In this document: positions 38,697-46,713 of the stretch, piece by piece
How the letters are laid out: each line of letters starts with the position of its first letter
Position numbering within the stretch: the stretch's first letter is position 1
Origin: Candidatus Latescibacterota bacterium
GTDB taxonomy: Bacteria; Latescibacterota; UBA2968
Assembly: GCA_965116885.1 (NCBI GenBank)
Contig: OZ220741.1
Coordinates: 2,240,001-2,304,000, forward strand
Length of the DNA stretch: 64,000 bases
Direction: 5' to 3'
Position numbers and translations under genes: made by a program
Notes under the pieces: generated by a model
Database searches by the model: none
Seen by the model: only the letters and a program-made list of their open reading frames with translations
What the model was told of the DNA's origin: nothing

Positions 38697-39752
38697 ATGT
38701 TCAGGCAGATGATCTTTCTGTTTGCCGCGCTGGCATTGATTGCTCAGGATGCCCGTGCAGGCGATGAGAGCCGCATCGGCACAGCCGCAGCACAAGAGTT
38801 GCGCATTCCAATTGGATCGCGCGGTACAGCACTTGGGGGTGCCATACTGGCTCATGTAAAAGGTGCGGAGGCATTGCAGTGGAATCCTTCGGGATTGGTA
38901 TTTGGAACGCATAAGCGCGAAGCCGTATTTTCATATCTGGATTATATCGCGGATATGAATGTGAATTATTTTGCGATTACTACACGTCTAAGGGACGATA
39001 TTTCGGTGGGGATCAGTGCCCGCGTGTTTGCGGTGGGCGATATTATTGTGACGACCGAGGAATCGCCCGAAGGCACGGGTGAGATACTTTCGCCGAGGTT
39101 TTCGTGTGTGACATTTACGTATTCGCAATTGTTGACAGATCGCGTGTCGTTTGGCACCACGATTAAATATATCCACGAGGCGATTAAGCGAGAGGTCGCC
39201 AATGGTCTGGCGTTTGATTTTGGTTTCCAGTACAAAACCGCACTCAAAGGTTTGACGCTGGGTATTGCCATGCGAAACTATGGTCCAGACCTGCGGTTTG
39301 ATGGTCCGGATTTGGATCGGGTGGTGAAATTGCAAGACGCGGTTCCAGAGGCTGATCCTCAAGCTGGGTCGCGCACTTTTCGCACGTCGCTGGCAGCCGC
39401 CGAGTTGCCCACGTCCATAGAAATTGGTTTTTCCTATAATTTCTATGAAGACGCGCTGGGCAAGGCCATTTTTTCTGCGACCTTCCGCAATAATAATCTG
39501 GCGACTGATGAGTATCAGGCTGGCGTTGAGTATTCGATGAAGCAAGTTCTTCAGTTGCGCGGAGGGTATGTGACGTCTCCAACGGGCGATGCCCTGCCCA
39601 ACGGGTTTAAGAAGGAATATATTCTGGGCCCGACGTTTGGATTTGGTCTAAATGTGCCCATGGGCAATATGGCTTTTCAAGTGGATTATGCCTATGGCAG
39701 AACCGAGTACTTTCAGGATAATCATTGGGTGACTGTAGGGCTTGGGTTCTGA
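38697..39752 (+). CDS. PorV/PorQ-family outer-membrane beta-barrel
   Basis: LRIPIGSRGTALG, WNPSGL, AFDFGFQY, NYG, LRGGY, VDYAY, terminal Phe. Confidence 0.8.
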   Translation: MFRQMIFLFAALALIAQDARAGDESRIGTAAAQELRIPIGSRGTALGGAILAHVKGAEALQWNPSGLVFGTHKREAVFSYLDYIADMNVNYFAITTRLRDDISVGISARVFAVGDIIVTTEESPEGTGEILSPRFSCVTFTYSQLLTDRVSFGTTIKYIHEAIKREVANGLAFDFGFQYKTALKGLTLGIAMRNYGPDLRFDGPDLDRVVKLQDAVPEADPQAGSRTFRTSLAAAELPTSIEIGFSYNFYEDALGKAIFSATFRNNNLATDEYQAGVEYSMKQVLQLRGGYVTSPTGDALPNGFKKEYILGPTFGFGLNVPMGNMAFQVDYAYGRTEYFQDNHWVTVGLGF

Positions 39753-39770
39753 CTTGTAAGGCGGTAAATC

Positions 39771-39808
39771 AAAAAGCTCAGAGATCGCAATGATTTCTGA
39801 GCTTTTTT
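39771..39808. terminator. Bidirectional intrinsic terminator between convergent genes
   Basis: AAAAAGCTCAGAGATC-GCAAT-GATTTCTGAGCTTTTT. Confidence 0.85.
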
Positions 39809-39817
39809 GTATGTACT

Positions 39818-40831
39818 TTAGCAGTTGTAATATTCTTTGATCTTGCGCTGGAGGGTGCGAAGGCTAATGCCCAGCCTTTTTGCTGCATGTGTGCGGTTGC
39901 CATTGACGCGGTTGAGGGTGTAGTCTATGATGAGTTTTTCAACGGTGTGTAGGGATAGTCCTTCGAGCATGCTCAAATCGATGTTCACAGCATTTGAATC
40001 CTCGCGCTGAGGCGTATAAATATCGGAGGGCAGATCAGTCGGTAATATGGTGTCTCTTTTGACCATAACGGCGAGACGTTCGAGGATATTCTTGAGTTCG
40101 CGCACGTTGCCTGGCCATGAATAGGTCATGAGATACAGGATCGTCTCGGGAGCGAGTTCTTTAGGTGCGAGGTCGTTGTCCTGAGCAAAGTTTTTGAGAA
40201 AATTGGTTGCCAGTGCGGGGATGTCTTCGGGATGTAGCCGCAAAGGGGGCATATCAATGTGAAGGACATTGAGGCGATAGTAGAGATCTTCGCGGAATGA
40301 GCCATTGGCAACGGCCTTTTTGAGGTCGATATTTGTGGCGGCAATAATCCGCACATCGATTTCGATAGGGTCTGTACTGCCCACGCGTACTATCTGTTGG
40401 CTTTCAAGAACACGCAGCCACTTGGCCTGTACGTCAAGGGAGAGGTCGCCGATTTCATCGAGAAATAGAGTGCCGCGATGGGCTGCTTCAAACACACCTT
40501 GCCGGGTTGTGGTCGCGTTGGTAAAAGCCCCTTTAATATGGCCAAAAAGATGACTTTCGGTCAGATCGCGGGGAATCGCAGAACAATTTACGGCAATAAA
40601 AGGGTGGTCGGCTCTGGGGCCAGTTTCGTGGAGTGTTTTTGCAGCCAGTTCTTTGCCTGTACCGCTTTCTCCTGTGATGAGCACAGTTGTCTTAAAAGGA
40701 GCAAGGTATTGAATCTGGTCTCTGATTTTCGCTATGCAGGTCGATGCACCTTGAAGCAAGTGTTCTGTTTTGTCCTTTGCGTTTTCGTTCTGCTCATCTC
40801 TGGGTTCAGTAATCAGTATCTGTGTTTTCAT
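39818..40831 (-). CDS. sigma54-dependent enhancer-binding protein (AAA+ and Fis HTH) lacking a sensory domain
   Basis: GESGTGKE, ESHLFGHIKGAFTNA, LFLDEIGD, FREDLYYRL, WPGNVREL, GNRTHAAKRLGISLRTLQRK; only ~25 aa before the AAA+ domain. Confidence 0.92.
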   Translation of the reverse strand: MKTQILITEPRDEQNENAKDKTEHLLQGASTCIAKIRDQIQYLAPFKTTVLITGESGTGKELAAKTLHETGPRADHPFIAVNCSAIPRDLTESHLFGHIKGAFTNATTTRQGVFEAAHRGTLFLDEIGDLSLDVQAKWLRVLESQQIVRVGSTDPIEIDVRIIAATNIDLKKAVANGSFREDLYYRLNVLHIDMPPLRLHPEDIPALATNFLKNFAQDNDLAPKELAPETILYLMTYSWPGNVRELKNILERLAVMVKRDTILPTDLPSDIYTPQREDSNAVNIDLSMLEGLSLHTVEKLIIDYTLNRVNGNRTHAAKRLGISLRTLQRKIKEYYNC

Positions 40832-40951
40832 AGACCTCCTCGCGATAGGAGATGGTGTTTGGGTAGCTTTGTTAGTAAATGTTTACTATTGCTTAGACTA
40901 TACTGTACTTGTTTGGTTCCGCACTGAATTGAAAATTTTCCCTGAGCCTTG

Positions 40952-40989
40952 AGGCGCGATCTGTTTTTTGATCGCGCCTTTTTTGTTTT
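40952..40989 (+). terminator. Terminator-like hairpin in the divergent intergenic region
   Basis: AGGCGCGATC-8 nt-GATCGCGCCT followed by a T-rich run. Confidence 0.55.
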
Positions 40990-40993
40990 CAGG

Positions 40994-41028
40994 GCGACAC
41001 TATGACGCACTTGGCGACATTCTGACGC
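40994..41028. promoter_or_regulatory. Tandem upstream activator sites
   Basis: GCGACA-CTA-TGACGC (40994-41008) and GCGACA-TTC-TGACGC (41014-41028), 20-bp period. Confidence 0.7.
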
Positions 41029-41176
41029 GGTTAGCGCGGTTGATTCTTCCCGTGTTTTAAAAAATAAAAATAATTTTTACGCTCAAGACAGTGTATAGAG
41101 TTGGCTTAAAAACCCGTGAGTAATTGCTTAGATATTTTGATAGACTTTTGCTGATTTCATGGGTGATTTGTCTATA

Positions 41177-41189
41177 AATCAATGAGTTA
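41177..41189 (+). promoter_or_regulatory. IHF-binding site
   Basis: AATCAATGAGTTA matches WATCAANNNNTTR; lies between the UAS and the sigma54 promoter. Confidence 0.7.
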
Positions 41190-41307
41190 GACATATATAA
41201 AAAAGATCTATGTGTATCGAAAAACGCCAGGGCAAAAAGATATTTCACATTTGCGCCCTGGGCGATTGAAAAAAATTAAGTGAATCCCAGTGCTCTTAAA
41301 GCAAGAA

Positions 41308-41325
41308 CTGGCACTCATTTTGCTT
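41308..41325 (+). promoter_or_regulatory. sigma54 (-24/-12) promoter
   Basis: CTGGCAC-TCATT-TTGCTT matches TGGCAC-N5-TTGC. Confidence 0.85.
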
Positions 41326-41334
41326 AAGGTATGA

Positions 41335-41440
41335 CTGATGTTTGATGACATCTTTGCTACCAGGCGAGCACTGCTATGGAGAAGTGCTGACCTTTAGCAA
41401 AATCGTGTGAGGGGGGAGACGCACCCCCCTCACATATTAA
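41335..41440 (+). ncRNA. Candidate sigma54-dependent structured leader or sRNA
   Basis: TTTGCTA/TAGCAAA stem enclosing an AGCACT/AGTGCT stem with ATGGA in the loop, then TGTGAGGGGGG/CCCCCCTCACA hairpin. Confidence 0.4.
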
Positions 41441-41566
41441 GCATTGAGAACATGAGTAGAGATTGAAAAGTCTATACTGAAAGGAGGGTACGGGGAAATA
41501 GAAAATGCGCTGGAGTAATTGTAGAAGAAGTCGATCGTAAACACATTTCACAAAGGAGCAGTATCC

Positions 41567-44227
41567 ATGTCCAAAAAGCTCTGGTTTTACGCTTCCGGAT
41601 TTTTCGCCGGAGTTGGCATGTGCCTGGCGGGTCTGGTCACACAGGCTCAGGCTCAATGGCCCGGCAATGCCAGAATCTCGATGTCCCGGGGTCAAATCGG
41701 TCACACGCTCCACAATCCGGGCATGACGGGAAAGAAAGATAACACGACAAAGTTGGCACAGTCTTCGTTTTCGTATCCTCAGGGCCGCAATATCAAGGTG
41801 TATTCGGGCGGTTCTGAGCGCGAAGGCTGGAATGCCAAGTCAAATACAGGTGGTGAAGGCTTCTGGGTGCTTTCCAATACGGGTGGCAGCCCCCAAGGTA
41901 CGTATGCAGGTCCGCGTATTACGTCTTCAGACCTGATTGGTCGCCCCCACGATATGACGCAGATGCCCGAGGCTTATGTAGGCGTTGTAGAAAACGGTGG
42001 CTGGGCAATGGCGATTCGCAGAGATAGTGGTGCGGACGCACCCAATATCGCGGGGTCAACAGTTCATGACCGCACGACCAACTGGTGGCCCGAAGCCCAC
42101 GGCATATCCAGTCCAGGTCCTGGAACGAATATCGCTGTTGTGGTCTGGAACTTCCGTTTTGGTCGCTACAACAGCAATGAGCCTTTTGCCAATCGCATTG
42201 GTTCTGGAGAATTGCCACAGTACAGTGCGCCTTCGTGGGTGGAATCTCTGTCTGAAGATGATTTTCCCGAGTTGATCGGTATTCAAGAAGGCGGTTCTTC
42301 AGCCACGGGTCTGGAGTGGACGCGCAAGTGGTTTTCCACGGCGCATCCCGATCACGATGAGTATTTTGTCGTTGACAACGAAGTGGTGAACAATTCGGGT
42401 TCGACGGCTGAAGGTGTGTATATCACCTTTGCCAACCGCTTCCACGCGGGTCAGGCTTCTGGCTGGCGGGGTCCGACCTCGTGGAATCACGCTTTCGATT
42501 GGACGCGCGATGATTATTATCGCAATACATTGGCACCCAATTACCTCAACGGCGTCAGCCGTGGGGATTACACCTCTGCGCTTGGTCGTTCTGCTGGTTT
42601 GCAGCGGGGTGTTGATCTTGCCAATGACGGTCATTTTATGACGTATTACCACGATGGGGACTCCGATCACATTTCCAATTTGATCAATGATCTGGGCGAT
42701 CCCTATCGCTATGCTATCGCCAAAGAGCGCTATACCCGCGAGCAGACGTGGGTGCGCGAAGGGATGATTCAGCACGGTCAGTATTTTGGTCTGGGCACTG
42801 TGGATGCCTTCCCGCCGTTTATGCGCTATGGCGGTGTGGATGATGCGATGTATGTGGCACCCCACGACAATCCAGCCACAGGGCACGATGAGAGCATGCA
42901 ACAGCCCGCTTCGGTGCTTTTCCACGGCTATCGCGGTACGAATGATTTTGACTATCCCTCGCCAGACCGTGCGGGCGATGCTCAGATTTACGACGCGGTT
43001 GCCAATGGCGGCTATACTGCTGAAAATGAAACGCCTGGGCATTATACCACGCTGGTATCTTATGGACCTTACACGCTGGCACCAGGTGAGAAGGCCAAAG
43101 TGGTGGTCGCCTATGTGGCGGGATTGGCAGCAGATCATGCCAAGTATGACGATTACAAGAAGTATGCCATGCCCTTTAACATGGGGTGGATGAACCACTA
43201 CGGTGGCAGGGGATCTGAGCCTACGGAATTGGCAGATCGCCAGCCCGAGATTCCCCTTGGTGAAGATGTGCTGTTCGATCACTTTGAGAATGCGATTCAG
43301 TGGTATAACTGGGGTTATGATCTTCCCAATCAGCCGCCGAATACCAAGGTGGCGTGGGATTCCAACCTTCAGGGTAAGACGCAGATTCGGTGGAGTGTCT
43401 TTGGCGAAGAGGCAATGGATCCAGATTATTCTGGCGCCGGGGCACAGGATTTGCGCGGGTATCGCATCTATCGCTCCAATGTGGAGTATCAGGGCGAGTG
43501 GGAGTATGTGACGGAGTTTTCATTCGAAGATGCGCGTGCGGGCAATTTGCCCACGGGTGTTTCGTATGAACCTTCTCGTACGTGGACAACGGTGAAGAGC
43601 GGTTCCTGGCCAACGGGTATTCCGCTGACGACCAATCAGTATGTCCATCCCGGTGTGCACGGTGGTCTTGATCCCGCTGCTGGTGCTGAGATTCCCGGCA
43701 CATATCTGTTTGACGATCAGGGTACCAATGCTGGTTTTCCCAACTGGTATAGTGTGCGTATGTATGACTCTGGTCACGGTGATTGGAATGGCGTGAGTAG
43801 CGTCGATGTCCTTGAAGCCTCGCAGAGCACCTCTCTGGGTTCTGTGTATGGTTCTCGTACGGGTATTGTTCCCGTTGTTCCTGGTGCAGCGGTGTTTGAT
43901 CGCCTCGAAGAGCAGGTTCGCGTGGTACCCAATCCGTTCAAGGTGGATAGCGATTTGCATACGTATAACCGCCAGCAGAATATGCGGTTTACGAATCTGC
44001 CAGGTCGCTGTCAGATCGACCTTTACGATGTGACGGGTCAGCGGATCTGGACCTTCTACAATCAGGATCCTCTGAAGGGCGAAGTGACGTATATCCAGCT
44101 TGCGGAGAATCGTCCCTCCAACTTTGGCGAGGCGATGTTCCCGGGTATTTACTTCTGGAAAGTCACCTCTCTGATGCCGGGATCAGAAGGCAAAACGCAG
44201 ACCGGCACATTCGTGATCATCAAGTAA
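41567..44227 (+). CDS. Large secreted protein with FN3-like and C-terminal T9SS-CTD/FlgD-like domain
   Basis: Signal peptide (AQA-Q); YGPYTLAPGE; LRGYRIYRS; VVPNPF..RFTNLPGRCQIDLYDVTG..PGIYFW; AAGGAG RBS. Confidence 0.75.
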   Translation: MSKKLWFYASGFFAGVGMCLAGLVTQAQAQWPGNARISMSRGQIGHTLHNPGMTGKKDNTTKLAQSSFSYPQGRNIKVYSGGSEREGWNAKSNTGGEGFWVLSNTGGSPQGTYAGPRITSSDLIGRPHDMTQMPEAYVGVVENGGWAMAIRRDSGADAPNIAGSTVHDRTTNWWPEAHGISSPGPGTNIAVVVWNFRFGRYNSNEPFANRIGSGELPQYSAPSWVESLSEDDFPELIGIQEGGSSATGLEWTRKWFSTAHPDHDEYFVVDNEVVNNSGSTAEGVYITFANRFHAGQASGWRGPTSWNHAFDWTRDDYYRNTLAPNYLNGVSRGDYTSALGRSAGLQRGVDLANDGHFMTYYHDGDSDHISNLINDLGDPYRYAIAKERYTREQTWVREGMIQHGQYFGLGTVDAFPPFMRYGGVDDAMYVAPHDNPATGHDESMQQPASVLFHGYRGTNDFDYPSPDRAGDAQIYDAVANGGYTAENETPGHYTTLVSYGPYTLAPGEKAKVVVAYVAGLAADHAKYDDYKKYAMPFNMGWMNHYGGRGSEPTELADRQPEIPLGEDVLFDHFENAIQWYNWGYDLPNQPPNTKVAWDSNLQGKTQIRWSVFGEEAMDPDYSGAGAQDLRGYRIYRSNVEYQGEWEYVTEFSFEDARAGNLPTGVSYEPSRTWTTVKSGSWPTGIPLTTNQYVHPGVHGGLDPAAGAEIPGTYLFDDQGTNAGFPNWYSVRMYDSGHGDWNGVSSVDVLEASQSTSLGSVYGSRTGIVPVVPGAAVFDRLEEQVRVVPNPFKVDSDLHTYNRQQNMRFTNLPGRCQIDLYDVTGQRIWTFYNQDPLKGEVTYIQLAENRPSNFGEAMFPGIYFWKVTSLMPGSEGKTQTGTFVIIK

Positions 44228-44263
44228 GGCGCGAAGCGTCAGACATAAAAAAGGAGAAAGACA

Positions 44264-45280
44264 ATGTTTAAGAAAGCACTGCTCTTCGGTCTGGCTGTTG
44301 CGCTTGCCCTGCCGATGTATGCACAGGCTCAGGAAGAGCGGCCGACTCAGGATTCATTAGGACCTTTTCCCGTGGATAGGACGCGCGTCCCCCCGGAAAC
44401 AGATCTGATTAAGTATGCTCGTGTTACGACGACGTCTTATGGATTTTTGAAGCTGACGGGCAATGCGCGCTCAGCAGGTATGGGCGATGCGTATTCGTCT
44501 GTTGGCAATGATCTGTCGGCGGTCTTTTACAACCCTGCAGGGGCAACGCAGATAGAGCGCTACGCGCTGACAGCATCTTATCTGAAGTGGATTGTGGGGT
44601 CTTCAATGGGGACGTTTGCCATTGGTGCCAAGACGAATGTGGCGACCTTTGCCGTCAACTTTGCGTATTTTACCACGGATGAGTTTGAAGAGACGACCTC
44701 ATCTCAACCCGGTGGCACGGGACGTATGGCCACCGCAGGCGACATGGCTGTTGGGTTGACCATTGCCAAGCAGGTGACGGATAAGTTGAGTGTGGGTGGT
44801 AATCTTCGCTGGGTTCAGGAAGACCTGGATTTGCAGTCGTATTCGTCTTATGACATAGATTTTGGAACGCTCTTTTACACGGGATTCCATTCGACGCGTC
44901 TTGGTATGTCGATGCGCAACCTGGGCGGCGACCAGGACGTGATTGGTCAGAAGGCGCGTTTCCCGATGGTGTTCAACCTGTCGGGTGCTGCTGAAGTCTA
45001 TGGGAATCTGGGCGATCCGCTGTCCGTGACAGTGGCAGTAGAACAGATGTTCTTCACAGACTCGATTAACCGTTATCACTTTGGCGCGGAAGCATGGGTA
45101 CAGAACATGCTGGCGTTGCGTGGTGGCTATAAGATCGGTTATGATTCCGAGTCTTGGACAGTGGGTGCAGGCTTGCGTCAGAAGTTAGGCGATCAGAGTG
45201 TGGGTGTGGATGTATCGTATTCAAGGGCTGAGGCGCTTGATGAATATCCCATTCGCGTTTCTGTTGGCGTTGGCTTCTAA
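44264..45280 (+). CDS. PorV/PorQ-family outer-membrane beta-barrel
   Basis: FLKLTGNARSAGMGDA, FYNPAG, DFGTLF, RNLG, LRGGY, VDVSY, terminal Phe. Confidence 0.8.
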   Translation: MFKKALLFGLAVALALPMYAQAQEERPTQDSLGPFPVDRTRVPPETDLIKYARVTTTSYGFLKLTGNARSAGMGDAYSSVGNDLSAVFYNPAGATQIERYALTASYLKWIVGSSMGTFAIGAKTNVATFAVNFAYFTTDEFEETTSSQPGGTGRMATAGDMAVGLTIAKQVTDKLSVGGNLRWVQEDLDLQSYSSYDIDFGTLFYTGFHSTRLGMSMRNLGGDQDVIGQKARFPMVFNLSGAAEVYGNLGDPLSVTVAVEQMFFTDSINRYHFGAEAWVQNMLALRGGYKIGYDSESWTVGAGLRQKLGDQSVGVDVSYSRAEALDEYPIRVSVGVGF

Positions 45281-45304
45281 GTGAAGCTTTCCCATTAGCT
45301 ACAC

Positions 45305-45341
45305 AAAGGGCTGCGGTCGTAAGATCGTAGCCCTTTTTTTT
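45305..45341 (+). terminator. Intrinsic terminator
   Basis: AAAGGGCTGCGGTC-GTAA-GATCGTAGCCC followed by a T-run. Confidence 0.85.
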
Positions 45342-45403
45342 GATCGCGGATTTTCGCGGATTTTTGGATTTCGCTGATGAAAGGCGAAAAAACACGCGTT
45401 CAG

Positions 45404-45440
45404 CGGTGTATTTAACCATCTGGAATGGTTTCTTTTACCA
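45404..45440. promoter_or_regulatory. PspF-type upstream activator sites for pspA
   Basis: CGGTGTATTTAACCA (45404-18) and TGGTTTCTTTTACCA (45426-40), imperfect palindromes 22 bp apart. Confidence 0.55.
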
Positions 45441-45515
45441 ATATCAGGTGGTTTTTTTGTGCCTTAAAAATATTTATTTGTATAAAAAACAATAAGATAG
45501 AATCTGGAGGATATT

Positions 45516-45533
45516 TTGGCACGGATATTGCAT
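45516..45533 (+). promoter_or_regulatory. sigma54 (-24/-12) promoter of pspA
   Basis: TTGGCAC-GGATA-TTGCAT. Confidence 0.85.
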
Positions 45534-45578
45534 AGAGATAGATGTGATCAATAACCAAAAATCGAAAGGAGATATTCC

Positions 45579-46250
45579 ATGGGTACTTTTTCAAGAATAA
45601 GCAATGTGGTCCGCGCTGAGGTTGACGATGTTCTGAATAAGATAGAGGATCCAAAGAAGATGGTGCGGCAGATGGTTCTGGATATGGAGGATGCGCTGGA
45701 TGATGCGGTGGTTGCCGTGGCACAGGCGATGGCCAGTGAGAAGTTGCTGGCACGTCGGATTGCACAGAAGCGGGAAGAGTCGGCTTTGTGGGCGCGCAAG
45801 GCAGAGGATGCTATGGACGCTGGTGAGGAGGAACTGGCGCGCAAGGCACTGTTTCAGAAGGTGGCGGTTGATGAGGCGGTTAATACACTGCAAAAAGTAC
45901 GGGAGGATGCGGAGGAAGTGACGGCGACGCTGAAGCAGCGACTTGCAGAGCTGAAGGCCAAATTGGCGTCTGCCCGCGCACAACAAAGTACTCTGGCGAT
46001 TCGCAAACAGGTGGTGGTGCAGGAGATGCGACAAGATGCGCGCGTGGCGGCTTATGATCGGTTTGTTCGGGATGTGGCGCGCGAGGAAGCGACTGCTGAG
46101 GTCTATGCGGAGATGGCGGACGATGCACAGTTGCAAGAAGAGTTTGATCAACTGGAGCGAAAGCAGCGCGTCGAAGCTGAGATGCAGGCGTTGAAGGAGA
46201 AAGTGAAACAGAGCGTGCGCCAGGATGAGGAATCTGAGGAGGGGAAGTAA
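45579..46250 (+). CDS. pspA: Phage shock protein A (PspA/IM30 family)
   Basis: MGTFSRISNVV, EDPKKMVRQMVLDME, W..KAE.A..AGEEELARKAL, coiled coil. Confidence 0.9.
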   Translation: MGTFSRISNVVRAEVDDVLNKIEDPKKMVRQMVLDMEDALDDAVVAVAQAMASEKLLARRIAQKREESALWARKAEDAMDAGEEELARKALFQKVAVDEAVNTLQKVREDAEEVTATLKQRLAELKAKLASARAQQSTLAIRKQVVVQEMRQDARVAAYDRFVRDVAREEATAEVYAEMADDAQLQEEFDQLERKQRVEAEMQALKEKVKQSVRQDEESEEGK

Positions 46251-46252
46251 TT

Positions 46253-46441
46253 ATGTTCGCAAAATTGTTTGGCATCGCCTTGCTGGTCGTCGGCGGGTTT
46301 GTTGCATTTTGTTTGCTGATGGCTCTCGTTGGAACGATTTTTAATATTTTGATTTTTGCGTTGAAGGTGGCAATCCCCGTGGTGCTGGTGTATCTGGGAT
46401 ATCGGTTGATTACGAGAGATAGACATCAGGTTACGTATTAA
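46253..46441 (+). CDS. Small two-TM membrane protein, probable PspA partner (LiaI-like position)
   Basis: 62 aa, hydrophobic; starts 2 nt after the pspA stop. Confidence 0.7.
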   Translation: MFAKLFGIALLVVGGFVAFCLLMALVGTIFNILIFALKVAIPVVLVYLGYRLITRDRHQVTY

Positions 46442-46452
46442 AAATTGGCTGA

Positions 46453-46575
46453 CTGCCGGGACGGCACAGGGGCCGTCCCCTACGATGGTATTTGTTAATC
46501 TGCCGGGACGGCACAGGGGCCGTCCCCTACACAGACACGATCATTACATGTAGGGGCGACCCCCTGTGGTCGCCC
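46453..46575. repeat. Three GTAG-family REP elements
   Basis: GGGACGGCACAGGGGCCGTCCCCTAC at 46458-83 and 46505-30; inverted variant GTAGGGGCGACCCCCTGTGGTCGCCC at 46550-75. Confidence 0.85.
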
Positions 46576-46595
46576 GCTGCACGCGAATGAATAGG

Positions 46596-46629
46596 AAGCC
46601 CCGGACGTTATCTAACGCCCGGGGCTTTT
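46596..46629 (+). terminator. Intrinsic terminator of the pspA operon
   Basis: AAGCCCCGG..CGTTA-TC-TAACG..CCGGGGCTTTT. Confidence 0.7.
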
Positions 46630-46641
46630 GTGTACAAATGC

Positions 46642-46671
46642 TTGACAGAGAGACTTATTGGAGATTATTTT
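46642..46671 (+). promoter_or_regulatory. sigma70-type promoter
   Basis: TTGACA-18 bp-TATTTT upstream of the channel operon. Confidence 0.55.
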
Positions 46672-46713
46672 TTTCCATTCAGTGTTATGATTAATAAAAA
46701 AAGGTAGCTTGTA

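Noticed and set aside
39818..40831. Naming the sensor-less activator pspF
   Set aside because: HTH is RTLQR-type rather than PspF-like, it has its own distinct UAS pair, and pspA carries different upstream sites
41226..41264. Imperfect inverted repeat CGCCAGGGC...GCCCTGGGCG upstream of the sigma54 promoter
   Set aside because: Bulged, no U-tract, single instance; no function can be supported
41343..41390. Box C/D-like motifs (TGATGA...CTGA)
   Set aside because: Short motifs expected by chance; no supporting context in a bacterium
41395..41430. c-di-GMP-I riboswitch resemblance (GCAAAA..GTGA..GACGCA)
   Set aside because: P2 stem pairs poorly, the downstream P3 motif is absent, and the region forms a better alternative hairpin
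41505..41540. 11-codon uORF MRWSNCRRSRS
   Set aside because: Strong SD is ~17 nt away and there is no regulatory codon pattern; insufficient evidence
46453..46575. CRISPR array
   Set aside because: Only two direct copies plus an inverted variant, short spacer, GTAG-REP structure, no cas genes
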